Shown: in pieces, positions 36,412-53,702 of the stretch | How positions within the stretch are numbered: the first letter of the stretch is position 1 | Layout: the number at the start of each line of letters is the position of its first letter | Origin: an uncultured Collinsella sp. | GTDB taxonomy: Bacteria > Actinomycetota > Coriobacteriia > Coriobacteriales > Coriobacteriaceae | Direction: 5' to 3' | NCBI GenBank assembly: GCA_900754445.1 | Contig: CAAECW010000107.1 | Coordinates: forward strand, 14,643 to 78,642 | Length of the DNA stretch: 64,000 nt | The notes under the pieces: generated by a model | What the model was told of the DNA's origin: nothing | What the model saw: the letters and a program-made list of their open reading frames with translations, nothing else | Database searches by the model: none | Program-made: the position numbers and the translations under genes

Positions 36412-37320
36412 ATGAAGGCAATCATCCCCGCCGCCGGTCTTGGCACGCGTTTTCTGCCTGGCACCAAGTGCACGCCCAAAGAGATGCTGCCGGTGCTCGA
36501 CAAGCCCGTCATTCAGTACGTCGTCGAGGAGGCGCTCGACCCCGAGGAAGTCGACGACGCCATCATCGTTACTTCTCCCGGTAAGCCCGAGCTACTGAAC
36601 TACTTCCAGCCCGATCGCTCGCTCGAGAACCTGCTGCGCGAGCGCGGCAAGAACGCCTATGCCGATGCCGTCGCCCACGCTGGCGGTATGCCGGTCGACT
36701 TCCGCTATCAGTACGAGCCCAAGGGCCTCGGCCATGCTATTCGCTCTGCTGCCGACGCCGTGGCAGGGGAGAACTTCCTGGTTCTTCTGGGCGACTACGT
36801 TGTGCCTAACCGCGACATCTGCGACAAGATGCTCGCCGTTTCCAAGGAGCACGGTGGCGCTTCGGTTATCGCCGTCGCTGCTTGCTCGCCCGAGGAAGTC
36901 AGCCGCTACGGCGTTATCGCCGGTGAGCGCGTCGGTTCGCTCGAGGGTGCCGAGGACGTTGCCGATGCAGAGCCGGGCGCTGTCTGGCGCATCGGCGGTC
37001 TGGTCGAGAAGCCCGCTCCCGAGGCGGCTCCGTCCAATCTGTACATCGTCGGTCGCTACCTGCTGAGCCCGCTGGTCATGGACCTGCTGGCAGATCAGCA
37101 GGCCGGCAAGGGCGGCGAGATCCAGCTCACCGACGCCATGGCCCGTTCGCTCGACCGCGAGGCCATGTATGCCGTCGTCATTGACCCGCTGTCGGGCTAC
37201 GACACCGGCACTCCCTCTGGCTGGATGGCCACCAACGCCCTCATGGCCGCAAGCGACCCCCGCTTTGCCGATGCCTTCTGGGATGCCATCGACGAGCGCG
37301 GCGGATTGATGCGCAAGTAA
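36412..37320 (+). CDS. galU: UTP--glucose-1-phosphate uridylyltransferase
   Basis: MKAIIPAAGLGTRFLPGTKCTPKEMLPVLDKPVIQYVVEEA. It is a monocistronic insert between rplL and rpoB with a terminator on each side. Confidence 0.9.
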   Translation: MKAIIPAAGLGTRFLPGTKCTPKEMLPVLDKPVIQYVVEEALDPEEVDDAIIVTSPGKPELLNYFQPDRSLENLLRERGKNAYADAVAHAGGMPVDFRYQYEPKGLGHAIRSAADAVAGENFLVLLGDYVVPNRDICDKMLAVSKEHGGASVIAVAACSPEEVSRYGVIAGERVGSLEGAEDVADAEPGAVWRIGGLVEKPAPEAAPSNLYIVGRYLLSPLVMDLLADQQAGKGGEIQLTDAMARSLDREAMYAVVIDPLSGYDTGTPSGWMATNALMAASDPRFADAFWDAIDERGGLMRK

Positions 37321-37340
37321 GCCTTCGGGCATCGACATTT

Positions 37341-37375
37341 ACGGGCGCGGACCTCGGTTCGCGCCCGTTTTTTAT
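37341..37375 (+). terminator. Rho-independent terminator after galU
   Basis: ACGGGCGCG-gacctcggtt-CGCGCCCGT followed by TTTTTTAT. Confidence 0.8.
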
Positions 37376-37607
37376 AAGAGCTGCGATTGCCGGCTCTCTG
37401 TTCACAGAAAATATATGAACAGATGTTCGATACACATACATCTACCTGCGTGTTTTCTGTCGAAAAACTTTGCTACTCCAAAAACTCAATCGCGTCAAGG
37501 CTTTTCTTGCCCAACGGTCGGTACCTGATAAACTATTAGGTTGCGATAACTGGCGAAGCTATGCCTCGCCAACCCACCGAGCATTTCCGTGAAGGAGGAA
37601 AAACCTG

Positions 37608-41099
<3,492 letters not shown>

Positions 41100-41105
41100 T
41101 TGACT

Positions 41106-45584
<4,479 letters not shown>

Positions 45585-45590
45585 CTAGTT

Positions 45591-45700
45591 CCGCCGTTCT
45601 AACGAACGGCGGCGACCTCCGTCGCTGCGCGGCCCCCAGAGCTACAATCTGTCATTCAAAAGGCAGGGCATGACCAAAAGGTCAATGCCCTGCCTTTTTC
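45591..45700 (+). terminator. Tandem terminator hairpins after rpoC (45591-45612; 45657-45700 with a T5 run), flanked by the 14-bp inverted repeat GCGGCCCCCAGAGC/GCTCTGGGGGCCGC (45629-45642 / 45715-45728)
   Basis: CCGCCGTTC-taac-GAACGGCGG, then AAGGCAGGGCAT...ATGCCCTGCCTTTTTC. Confidence 0.75.
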
Positions 45701-45782
45701 ATGCCACCTTGTACGCTCTGGGGGCCGCTCGCTTGCGTATGCTCAACCTGTTGCGTTCCGCTGATTCCTTGGGGATTTGCCA

Positions 45783-45818
45783 ATAAGGGACAGGTTTATT
45801 TTGGTAGGTTTTTCCTGC
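45783..45818 (-). repeat. Left ~35-bp inverted repeat bracketing the sigma/anti-sigma cassette (GCCAATAAGGGACAGGTTTATTTTGGTAGGTTTTT)
   Basis: It is the reverse complement of the repeat at 47567-47602 (about 31/35 identity) and of the copy at 19023-19058. Confidence 0.6.
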
Positions 45819-45902
45819 TTGAATTTGAAACATTTCGCCCGACAAGAGCGTATCTAAGGTGAGGGCCTCACCAAGAATTATTAACGTCACCGGGAGGTGA
45901 TT

Positions 45903-46421
45903 ATGGAAGAACAAGCATTTAGACAGGCGGTCGAAGACCACCGGGATGTCGTGTTTCGGATCGCGTTGACGTACCTGCGTGATCGCGCCGACGCCGACGA
46001 TGTCGCTCAAGACGTCTTTCTGAAGTTACTCAAAAACGATGCGCAATTTGAAAGCTGGGAACATCTTCGTCGATGGCTTATCCGGGTCACGATCAATGAA
46101 TGCAAATCGCTCTTTCGAAAGCCATGGAGGCGTGTGGAGGATATTGAGAACCTGGCCGATTCGCTTTCGGCGGCGCAGGATGAGACCAAGGCGGTCTTGT
46201 CAGACGTTATGCGACTTCCGGAGCGATTCCGCGTTCCCATCGTGCTCTATTACTATCTGGGCTTTTCGACCTCAGAGATTGCCGAGTTGTTGCATGTACC
46301 AGCCGCGACCGTTCGAACGCGTTTAGCCCGTGGTCGATCGAAGCTCAAATTCATCCTAGAGGAGGGCGACCGTGAAATCCAATCAAATCAAGCAGGCCTT
46401 CGAGTCCATCCAAGCCGATAG
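45903..46421 (+). CDS. ECF (group IV) RNA polymerase sigma factor
   Basis: Region 2 (DVAQDVFLKLLKN) and region 4 HTH (LGFSTSEIAELLHVPAATVRTRLARGRSKL). I chose the start at ATG 45903, which sits 5 nt from GGGAGG. A GAAAC-N17-CGTAT motif lies upstream at about 45833-45862. Confidence 0.85.
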   Translation: MEEQAFRQAVEDHRDVVFRIALTYLRDRADADDVAQDVFLKLLKNDAQFESWEHLRRWLIRVTINECKSLFRKPWRRVEDIENLADSLSAAQDETKAVLSDVMRLPERFRVPIVLYYYLGFSTSEIAELLHVPAATVRTRLARGRSKLKFILEEGDREIQSNQAGLRVHPSR

Positions 46422-47448
46422 CGACCTTGCAGATCGCGTCCTAAATACCGCTGCGGGTGAGCCGCTTCATCGAAAGGGCCACGCGAAGCCTCTCTATGTT
46501 GCCGTAATCGGATGTCTTGCCGGAGTTTTGGCGACTGGAGGGGTCGCCTACGCCGTTGTCAATTCCGGCTATTTTGCCTCAGCCTGGGGAAACCACGGCA
46601 ACGGGGATTCCATTACCTGGACCAACGGTGGCTCATCGGGGACTCAATATACCTACACCAGAGAGTTTGGTGACGGTATCGCGCCCCAAAGCCTGGAGGG
46701 CGCAGTCCAGAAGGTTGATCTGTCCGTCGAGGGTAATGGCTATACGCTCGATATCCATGAGATGGCTATTGACCAAAACGGCTGCGGAGCCGTGACGTTT
46801 ACGTTGTCCAATCCAAATGGCGTTAACTACTACAAGCCGGCAGCAGAGACAGGCGAACTTGTTCTCTATGGTGAAGAAGAACAAGGCATCGGCACGCCCG
46901 ATATGAAGTTCGGCGAGGAATGGCCTGACACACGCAGCACAATTGATAAGGACACATCAAGCGATACTGTCATTAATGGCACGATGTACTTTGCCGCTAT
47001 GGATCGCGAGCGAGATTTGCAACATGCGGTCACCTGGAATATCCACTGGACCGAGGGTGAAGGTGAGAGTGCGAGGCGGTTTGAGGCGTCGACACCCGAG
47101 TTCAATATTGGAGCGTACGTCGATACAAAGGAACTCCGCTCCGGTGACTCGCCTCTTGAGATTAGCCCGTTTTCCATCCAGACGCACATCGATGATTTGG
47201 GCTATGAAGCAGTTGATAATAAGCTGACCGTCAGCTACAAGGATGGATCGGAGCAGATTATCGAAGATGACGACGCAGGGGTGTTCAACTTATATTTTTC
47301 TTATGGGCGCAATAGCGGAGAGAACATCTGGGTGCCAACGAAGTTGATTGATGTCGAACAAGTGGTCTCAGTAACGCTTGAGGGCACGAGGTGCACGTCA
47401 ACAGGGGAGACCGAAACAAAAGTACCCTTTACCATCGTCTATTCGTAA
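46372..47448 (+). CDS. Putative membrane-anchored anti-sigma factor cognate to the ECF sigma
   Basis: GTG start with a GAGGAGGG RBS. It overlaps the sigma gene by 50 nt. It has a short cytoplasmic N-terminus, a single TM (LYVAVIGCLAGVLATGGVAYAVV) and a ~290-aa extracytoplasmic domain. Confidence 0.6.
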   Translation: MKSNQIKQAFESIQADSDLADRVLNTAAGEPLHRKGHAKPLYVAVIGCLAGVLATGGVAYAVVNSGYFASAWGNHGNGDSITWTNGGSSGTQYTYTREFGDGIAPQSLEGAVQKVDLSVEGNGYTLDIHEMAIDQNGCGAVTFTLSNPNGVNYYKPAAETGELVLYGEEEQGIGTPDMKFGEEWPDTRSTIDKDTSSDTVINGTMYFAAMDRERDLQHAVTWNIHWTEGEGESARRFEASTPEFNIGAYVDTKELRSGDSPLEISPFSIQTHIDDLGYEAVDNKLTVSYKDGSEQIIEDDDAGVFNLYFSYGRNSGENIWVPTKLIDVEQVVSVTLEGTRCTSTGETETKVPFTIVYS

Positions 47449-47566
47449 GGTCTGAGGCCGCTTCCTACTAGGGGAAGCGGCCTCTTTTGCGTTAAATGGA
47501 AACGCCGCCGATTTCCATGCGTCAGATGAGAGCAGATTACCTCTGGAGCGCGACGTTTCACCAGAT

Positions 47567-47602
47567 AAAACCGAACAAAATAAACCTGTCCCTTTTTGGC
47601 GG
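47567..47602 (+). repeat. Right ~35-bp inverted repeat bracketing the sigma/anti-sigma cassette (AAAACCGAACAAAATAAACCTGTCCCTTTTTGGC)
   Basis: Inverted relative to 45783-45818. Confidence 0.6.
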
Positions 47603-47626
47603 GTAGCGTTGCCCCGCCGAGCACGT

Positions 47627-47766
47627 CGGATTCCCGGCCCGGGCGGCCGGCGGCTTAAGTTTGTCGCGAGTTCCGCACGAGCCGGAGAGCACTTAATGTG
47701 CTCTCCGTGCGAGTCAGGACTGTAGAGCAGCAAACTTAACCCCCGCGCCGCCCGGTCCGGGAATCC
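47627..47766. repeat. Structured repeat element copy 2: core TTCCGCACGAGCCGGAGAGCAC-TTAAT-GTGCTCTCCGTGCGAGTCAGGAC flanked by self-complementary ~36-nt arms
   Basis: It shares the core with 34653-34852. An A:T to G:C compensatory pair change keeps the 10-bp central hairpin intact. The outer arms differ in sequence from copy 1 but still pair with each other (about 28/36). Confidence 0.75.
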
Positions 47767-47972
47767 ACCCCCGCGCACAGAAAGGGATTCCTTTTGTGTA
47801 GGCTTTGCGGAAATGTGCCAATTTTGGGATACGCCCGGCGGCGTGGTCTGTTGACGGCACAGCTAACGCCACGTATCCTATCGAACTGCGTGTTTCGTAG
47901 GGGGATGCTGACCCCTCGATTCAAGCCGTTGCACTTTACAGAAAGCTGGAATCATTCGAGAAGGAGTACGCT

Positions 47973-48350
47973 TTGCCTACTATTAACCAGCTGGTTCGCC
48001 AGGGCCGTCGTTCCGTGCCCAAGAAGTCCAAGAACGCTGCTCTGCAGCACAACTCCCAGAAGCGCGGCGTGTGCACCCGCGTCTTCACCACGAGCCCCAA
48101 GAAGCCGAACTCGGCTCTTCGTAAGGTTGCCCGTGTTCGCCTTGTCAACGGCATCGAAGTTACTGCTTACATCCCGGGTGAGGGCCACAACCTGCAGGAG
48201 CACTCCATCGTGCTCGTCCGCGGCGGTCGTGTCCGTGACCTCCCTGGTGTCCGTTATCACGTCATCCGTGGCGCCTACGACGCTGCTCCGGTCCAGAACC
48301 GTATGCAGGCCCGTTCCAAGTACGGTGCTAAGCGCCCCAAGGCCAAATAA
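47973..48350 (+). CDS. rpsL: 30S ribosomal protein S12
   Basis: TTG start with an AAGGAG RBS. (M)[12 protein letters not shown]...[11 protein letters not shown]. Confidence 0.95.
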   Translation: MPTINQLVRQGRRSVPKKSKNAALQHNSQKRGVCTRVFTTSPKKPNSALRKVARVRLVNGIEVTAYIPGEGHNLQEHSIVLVRGGRVRDLPGVRYHVIRGAYDAAPVQNRMQARSKYGAKRPKAK

Positions 48351-48423
48351 GCCAGATAACGTTTTGATACTTTCGCCGTGTGCCGCCTAAGCGCCGCACG
48401 GTAGACACTTAAGGAGATTTCAC

Positions 48424-48897
48424 ATGCCGCGTCGTGCAGCAGCTAATCGTCGTGAGGTTCAGCCTGACGCCGTTTACAACAACCGCCTGGTGACTCAGCT
48501 CATCAACAAGGTCCTTCTTGACGGCAAGAAGGCCACCGCTGAGCGCATCGTTTACACCGCTTTCGAGATCGTTGCCGAGAAGTCTGAGGGTGGCGACGCT
48601 CTCGCTACCTTCAAGAAGGCTATGGACAACGTCAAGCCCACGCTCGAGGTTAAGCCCAAGCGTGTCGGTGGCGCTACCTATCAGGTCCCGATGGAGGTCA
48701 ACTCCCGTCGTTCCACCGCTCTGGGTATCCGCTGGATCGTCAACTTCTCCCGCGCTCGCAAGGAGAAGACCATGGCCGAGCGTCTCGCCAACGAGATCCT
48801 CGACGCTTCCAACGGCCTGGGCGCTTCCGTCAAGAAGCGTGAGGACGTCTTCAAGATGGCCGAGGCCAACCGCGCGTTCTCTCACTATCGTTGGTAA
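48424..48897 (+). CDS. rpsG: 30S ribosomal protein S7
   Basis: [36 protein letters not shown]. Confidence 0.95.
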   Translation: MPRRAAANRREVQPDAVYNNRLVTQLINKVLLDGKKATAERIVYTAFEIVAEKSEGGDALATFKKAMDNVKPTLEVKPKRVGGATYQVPMEVNSRRSTALGIRWIVNFSRARKEKTMAERLANEILDASNGLGASVKKREDVFKMAEANRAFSHYRW

Positions 48898-48916
48898 GTT
48901 AAGGTAAGGAACTAAC

Positions 48917-51016
48917 ATGGCTAAGCCTAAGTACAAGCTTTCCGATACCCGTAACATCGGCATCATGGCCCACATCGATGCCGGTAAGACCACCACGACC
49001 GAGCGTATTCTTTACTACACCGGTAAGACCCACAAGATCGGTGAGGTCCATGAGGGCGCTGCCACCATGGACTGGATGGTTCAGGAGCAGGAGCGCGGCG
49101 TAACCATTACCTCCGCTGCTACCACGTGCTTCTGGAACAAGGACGGTAAGGACTACCGCATCCAGATCATCGACACCCCGGGCCACGTTGACTTCACCGC
49201 CGAGGTCGAGCGCTGCCTGCGCGTCCTCGATGGCGCTGTCGCCGTCTTCGACGCCGTTGCCGGCGTTCAGCCCCAGTCTGAGACCGTTTGGCGTCAGGCT
49301 TCTACCTTCAACGTCCCCCGCATCGCCTTCATCAATAAGTATGACCGCGTGGGCGCTGACTTCTTCAACGCTATCGAGACCATGAAGGATCGTCTCGACG
49401 CTAACGCCGTGGCCGCTCAGGTCCCGATGGGCGCCGAGGACAACTTCTGGGGCGTCATCGACCTGGTCACCATGACTGCATGGGACTTCAAGGCCGACGA
49501 GAAGGGTATGACCTACCCCGAGCCGATGGACGAGATCCCGGCTGAGTTCGCCGACATCGCTGCCACCAAGCGCGAGGAGCTCCTTGACGCTGCTGCCAGC
49601 TTTGACGACGAGCTCATGGAGAAGATCCTCATGGAGGAGGACTTCACCGTCGAGGAGCTTAAGGCCGCTCTGCGCAAGGGCGTTCTGGCCAACGAGCTCA
49701 ACCTCGTCTTCGTGGGCTCCGCCTACAAGAACAAGGGCGTTCAGGAGCTGCTCGACGCTGTCGTCGACTACCTGCCCAGCCCGCTCGACGTTGAGGCCGT
49801 CACCGGTACCGATCCGGACACCGGCGAGGAGATCCAGCGTCATCCTTCCTTCGACGAGCCCTTCTCCGGCCTGGTCTTCAAGATCATGACCGACCCGTTC
49901 GTCGGTAAGCTCACCTACGTCCGCGTTTACTCCGGCCGCGCCGAGTCCGGCTCCTACGTTGTCAACGCTTCCAACGGTCAGCGCGAGCGCCTCGGCCGCA
50001 TCCTCGAGATGAACGCCGCCGAGCGTATCGACCGTGACGACGCTGCCGCCGGCGACATCGTCGCTTGCGTCGGCTTCAAGAACTCCACCACCGGCGACAC
50101 CCTGTGCGCCGAGGGCAAGGAGATCGTCCTCGAGAAGATCGAGTTCGCTAAGCCCGTTATCGACGTTGCCATCGAGCCCAAGACCAAGGCCGAGCAGGAC
50201 AAGATGTCCATCGCTCTGACCAAGCTCGCCGAGGAGGACCCGACCTTCCAGGTGTCCACCAACCACGAGACCGGCCAGACCATCATCGCCGGCATGGGCG
50301 AGCTGCACCTCGAGATCATCGTCGACCGTCTGCTCCGTGAGTTCAAGGTTGACGCTAACGTTGGTAAGCCCCAGGTTGCCTACCGCGAGACCGCTGGTCA
50401 CGACGTCGAGAAGGCTGAGGGCAAGTTCGTCCGTCAGTCCGGCGGTCGCGGTCAGTACGGCCATGCCGTCATCAAGCTCGAGAAGATGGAGGAGGGCTTC
50501 GGCTACGAGTTCGTCAACGCTATCGTCGGCGGCGTCGTGCCCAAGGAGTACATCCCGTCCATCGACAAGGGCATCCAGGAGGCCCTGAACACCGGTGTTA
50601 TCGCCGGCTTCCCGGTCCTCGACGTTAAGGTCACCCTGTTCGACGGTTCTTACCACGAGGTCGACTCCTCCGAGGCCGCCTTCAAGATCGCCGGTTCCAT
50701 GGCTATCAAGGACGCCCTCAAGAAGTCCGATCCGCAGCTGCTCGAGCCGATCATGGCTGTCGAGGTCGAGACCCCCGAGCAGTACATGGGCGACGTTATG
50801 GGCAACCTCTCCGGTCGCCGCGGCAAGATCGAGGGCATGGAGGATCGCAAGAACACCAAGCTCATCCGTGCCAAGGTGCCGCTGGGCGAGATGTTCGGTT
50901 ACGCTACCGACCTTCGCTCCCAGACCCAGGGCCGTGCATCCTACACGATGCAGTTCGACTCTTATGAGCCCGCGCCCAAGTCCATCGTGGACGAGGTCAT
51001 GAGCAAGAACGCCTAA
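48917..51016 (+). CDS. fusA: Elongation factor G
   Basis: 699 aa, [20 protein letters not shown]... Confidence 0.97.
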   Translation: MAKPKYKLSDTRNIGIMAHIDAGKTTTTERILYYTGKTHKIGEVHEGAATMDWMVQEQERGVTITSAATTCFWNKDGKDYRIQIIDTPGHVDFTAEVERCLRVLDGAVAVFDAVAGVQPQSETVWRQASTFNVPRIAFINKYDRVGADFFNAIETMKDRLDANAVAAQVPMGAEDNFWGVIDLVTMTAWDFKADEKGMTYPEPMDEIPAEFADIAATKREELLDAAASFDDELMEKILMEEDFTVEELKAALRKGVLANELNLVFVGSAYKNKGVQELLDAVVDYLPSPLDVEAVTGTDPDTGEEIQRHPSFDEPFSGLVFKIMTDPFVGKLTYVRVYSGRAESGSYVVNASNGQRERLGRILEMNAAERIDRDDAAAGDIVACVGFKNSTTGDTLCAEGKEIVLEKIEFAKPVIDVAIEPKTKAEQDKMSIALTKLAEEDPTFQVSTNHETGQTIIAGMGELHLEIIVDRLLREFKVDANVGKPQVAYRETAGHDVEKAEGKFVRQSGGRGQYGHAVIKLEKMEEGFGYEFVNAIVGGVVPKEYIPSIDKGIQEALNTGVIAGFPVLDVKVTLFDGSYHEVDSSEAAFKIAGSMAIKDALKKSDPQLLEPIMAVEVETPEQYMGDVMGNLSGRRGKIEGMEDRKNTKLIRAKVPLGEMFGYATDLRSQTQGRASYTMQFDSYEPAPKSIVDEVMSKNA

Positions 51017-51076
51017 GTTCGAGCTCCCTGTTACGTAATCCGCGAGAACATCTCTCGCACTCTTTGGAGGTTTAAG

Positions 51077-51385
51077 TTGGCTACCCAGAAGATCCGCATT
51101 CGCCTCAAGGGCTATGATCACGAGGTCGTCGATCAGTCCGCGAAGCTCATCGTCGAGACCGCTCAGAAGACCGGCGCTCGCGTTTCCGGTCCTGTCCCCC
51201 TGCCCACCGAGCGCAACCTGTACACGGTTATCCGCTCGCCGCACGTGAACAAGGACTCCCGTGAGCAGTTCGAGATGCGCACTCACAAGCGCCTCATCGA
51301 CATCCTCGACCCCACCTCGGGCACCGTTGATTCGCTCATGCGTCTCGACCTCCCCGCTGGCGTCGACATCGACATCAAGCTCTAA
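51077..51385 (+). CDS. rpsJ: 30S ribosomal protein S10
   Basis: TTG start with a GGAGG RBS. (M)[28 protein letters not shown]. Confidence 0.95.
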   Translation: MATQKIRIRLKGYDHEVVDQSAKLIVETAQKTGARVSGPVPLPTERNLYTVIRSPHVNKDSREQFEMRTHKRLIDILDPTSGTVDSLMRLDLPAGVDIDIKL

Positions 51386-51404
51386 GCGATATCGCTCATA
51401 GCTT

Positions 51405-51446
51405 AAAGGGCCCCGCTGCCGTTACGGTAGCGGGGCCCTTTTGTTT
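51405..51446 (+). terminator. Strong rho-independent terminator immediately after rpsJ
   Basis: AAAGGGCCCCGCTGCCGT-tac-GGTAGCGGGGCCCTTTTG. No rplC follows. Confidence 0.85.
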
Positions 51447-51501
51447 AGCATGATGGGATTGGACCGCCGGATAAGGCTGCCGAGCGGCTGGCTGTGGCGC
51501 C

Positions 51502-52278
51502 CTATTCGCTCGCGGGACGCAGCGATGCCTCCTCAAAATGGAAGGATCGCAAACCGCCTTCCGTTTCGATACACGCGCGACCAAAGCCATCGACGGTTTT
51601 AAAGATGCCGCGTGCCAGCTCGTCGCCGGCAGGGGAACGGGCGATAACGTGCTCCCCAATCCAATTGAGGTGGGCGATATATTCGTCGTGGACGGGCGCG
51701 AGCGGACCGGCATCTTCTTCCTTGGCGTTGAGGCGCTCTGCCCAGGCATCTGCAGCGTCTATAACTGCGTGATAGACCTCATCGAGGAGCATGTCGACGG
51801 CAGGTACGCTCTCGTTGAGATCCGAGAGACCGATTGCCGGCAGGCCGCCATCGGGCACCTCTTGGGGCGCATAGTTCACATTGACGCCAATGCCGCAGAC
51901 GGCGAAAGGTTTGCCTTCGTTATCGCGTGCGGCCTCGACCAGAATGCCGCCGAGCTTGCGTCCTCGCGCGACAAGGTCGTTGGGCCATTTAAGGCGAATC
52001 TCGTTTGCAAGACCCTGCTTTTCGAGTGCTTCAAGCACCGCTAGGCCGCTGACGGCGGCAAGACCAGAGAACTTTGCAGGATTAACGCATGGGCGCAGGA
52101 CAATCGAAAGCAATAAGTTGCCGACGGTTGAGTCCCACTTGTGCCCGCGCCGGCCGCGTCCTGCTGTTTGAGCCCGGGCGGCAAGTCCTGTGCCGTGCGG
52201 CGCTCCCTGTTTTCCTGCTTCGAGCAGGTCATCGTTGGTCGATCCGGTTACGTCGACTATCGTTAATTTGGCATCCAT
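51502..52278 (-). CDS. birA: Biotin--[acetyl-CoA-carboxylase] ligase (group I, no HTH)
   Basis: GRGRRGHKW motif and a BPL_LplA_LipB catalytic domain. It sits next to the acc/fab cluster. Confidence 0.85.
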   Translation of the reverse strand: MDAKLTIVDVTGSTNDDLLEAGKQGAPHGTGLAARAQTAGRGRRGHKWDSTVGNLLLSIVLRPCVNPAKFSGLAAVSGLAVLEALEKQGLANEIRLKWPNDLVARGRKLGGILVEAARDNEGKPFAVCGIGVNVNYAPQEVPDGGLPAIGLSDLNESVPAVDMLLDEVYHAVIDAADAWAERLNAKEEDAGPLAPVHDEYIAHLNWIGEHVIARSPAGDELARGIFKTVDGFGRACIETEGGLRSFHFEEASLRPASE

Positions 52279-52371
52279 AACGGTTGCTACCTCCTAAGTT
52301 AATAAGGCAATCGCGTAATGGTGTCGAGAGATAGACACAATGTGAAGCCTTTGTCGCATTTGGACAATTTA

Positions 52372-52438
52372 ATGTTAACACGTCAACAACGACTAAAATG
52401 CGCTATCCTCTCTTGGTCGATGTAAACACGTCAACAAC
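52372..52438 (+). promoter_or_regulatory. Two direct repeats TGT(T/A)AACACGTCAACAAC in the fabH leader (52372-52389 and 52421-52438)
   Basis: The 11-mer AACACGTCAAC occurs twice here and a third time at 20927-20937. It lies upstream of the fabH RBS, so I read it as a candidate operator for a fatty-acid-synthesis regulator. Confidence 0.4.
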
Positions 52439-52454
52439 TCAAAGGAGGCTAGTG

Positions 52455-53414
52455 ATGGGTTTCACGATTCTTGGAACAGGCTCGGCGCTTCCTGAGCGCA
52501 GTGTTTCCAATGACGAGCTGTCTGAGTTCCTCGATACCTCGGATGAGTGGATTTTTACCCGCACAGGTATCAAGAGCCGCCACGTCTGTACCACCGAGTC
52601 ACTTGACGACCTTGCCGTAGCGGCGAGCGAGCGGGCACTCCAGGTGTCCGGAATCGACGCGAGCCAGCTGGATCTGATCGTCTGCTCGACGACGACGGGT
52701 GACCACCTTGTTCCCGCTGAGGCGTGTGCCGTTGCTGAGCGACTAGGAGCGGCGTGCCCTGCCTTCGATGTCTCGGCGGCCTGTGCCGGCTTCGTGTTTG
52801 CGCTCGATGTCGCCGAGGGCTATATCGAGCGCGGTCGTGCCGAGCGCGTGCTTATCGTTGCTGCTGAGCAGATGACGCGCGCGCTCGACTGGACCGACCG
52901 CGCCACCTGCGTGCTCTTTGGCGATGGGGCAGGCGCCGCAGTGATTGGGGCTGGGGGAGACAGTCCCCTTGCCGTTGAGCTTTCGACGGCGCCCGACGTC
53001 GAGACGTTACACGTTCCCGGTCTGGTCGGCACCTCGCCGTTTAAGGCTTCCGCAGATAGCAAGAGCGTGCTGTCCATGAATGGCCGCCGCGTGTTCAAGT
53101 TCGGCGTCAACGCCATCTGCGACACGGTCCATAAGCTTGCGGGCGATGCGGGCATTTCGGTCGAAGACATCGACCATTTTGTATTCCATCAGGCTAACGA
53201 ACGAATCCTGAGTCAGGCGGTCAAGCGCCTCGGCGTGCCAGATGAGCGCGTGGTTCGAACGCTGCGCGAGACCGGCAACATTTCGAGCGCCTGCATTCCC
53301 TTTGCGTTTGACCGTCTGGCACGCACCGACGCACTGAATGCGGGCGACACCATCGCCCTCGTTGGATTTGGCGCCGGCCTGGATATAGGTGGCTATCTGC
53401 TTCGTTGGAAGTAG
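52455..53414 (+). CDS. fabH: 3-oxoacyl-ACP synthase III
   Basis: MGFTILGTGSALPERSVSNDEL... The C-H-N triad context is present (AACAGF, HQAN). I chose the start at 52455, which has an AAAGGAGG RBS. Confidence 0.92.
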   Translation: MGFTILGTGSALPERSVSNDELSEFLDTSDEWIFTRTGIKSRHVCTTESLDDLAVAASERALQVSGIDASQLDLIVCSTTTGDHLVPAEACAVAERLGAACPAFDVSAACAGFVFALDVAEGYIERGRAERVLIVAAEQMTRALDWTDRATCVLFGDGAGAAVIGAGGDSPLAVELSTAPDVETLHVPGLVGTSPFKASADSKSVLSMNGRRVFKFGVNAICDTVHKLAGDAGISVEDIDHFVFHQANERILSQAVKRLGVPDERVVRTLRETGNISSACIPFAFDRLARTDALNAGDTIALVGFGAGLDIGGYLLRWK

Positions 53415-53463
53415 TTGCACATAGGAAAAAACGCCCCTAGGGCACAAACAAAGGAGAACTACC

Positions 53464-53700
53464 ATGGCAGATCAGAAGACCTTCGAGCGCGTTTGCGACG
53501 TTATCCGCGAGACCGCCGGTCTTGACGATGTCGAGATGAAGCCCGAGTCCACGCTCGAGGAGATTGGTCTCGACAGCCTGGGCACCGTCGAGATCCTCGT
53601 CGCCGTCGAGGACGAGTTTGGCATCCAGCTCGATACCGAGGAGAACCCCAAGACGGTCGGCGAGTTCGCCGATACGGTCGAGGCGGCATTGGAGAAGTAG
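53464..53700 (+). CDS. acpP: Acyl carrier protein
   Basis: 78 aa with the phosphopantetheine-attachment motif LGLDSLGTVE. Confidence 0.92.
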   Translation: MADQKTFERVCDVIRETAGLDDVEMKPESTLEEIGLDSLGTVEILVAVEDEFGIQLDTEENPKTVGEFADTVEAALEK

Positions 53701-53702
53701 AG

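Noticed and set aside
41100-41105. TTG at 41100 as the rpoC start (ORF-track start)
   Set aside because: The AGGAG RBS ends only 3 nt before this TTG. GTG 41106 has 9-nt spacing and is the more plausible initiation codon. The true N-terminus needs proteomic or alignment support.
48899-51286. 795-aa minus-strand ORF
   Set aside because: Antisense to fusA/rpsJ, with the same high-GC artefact.
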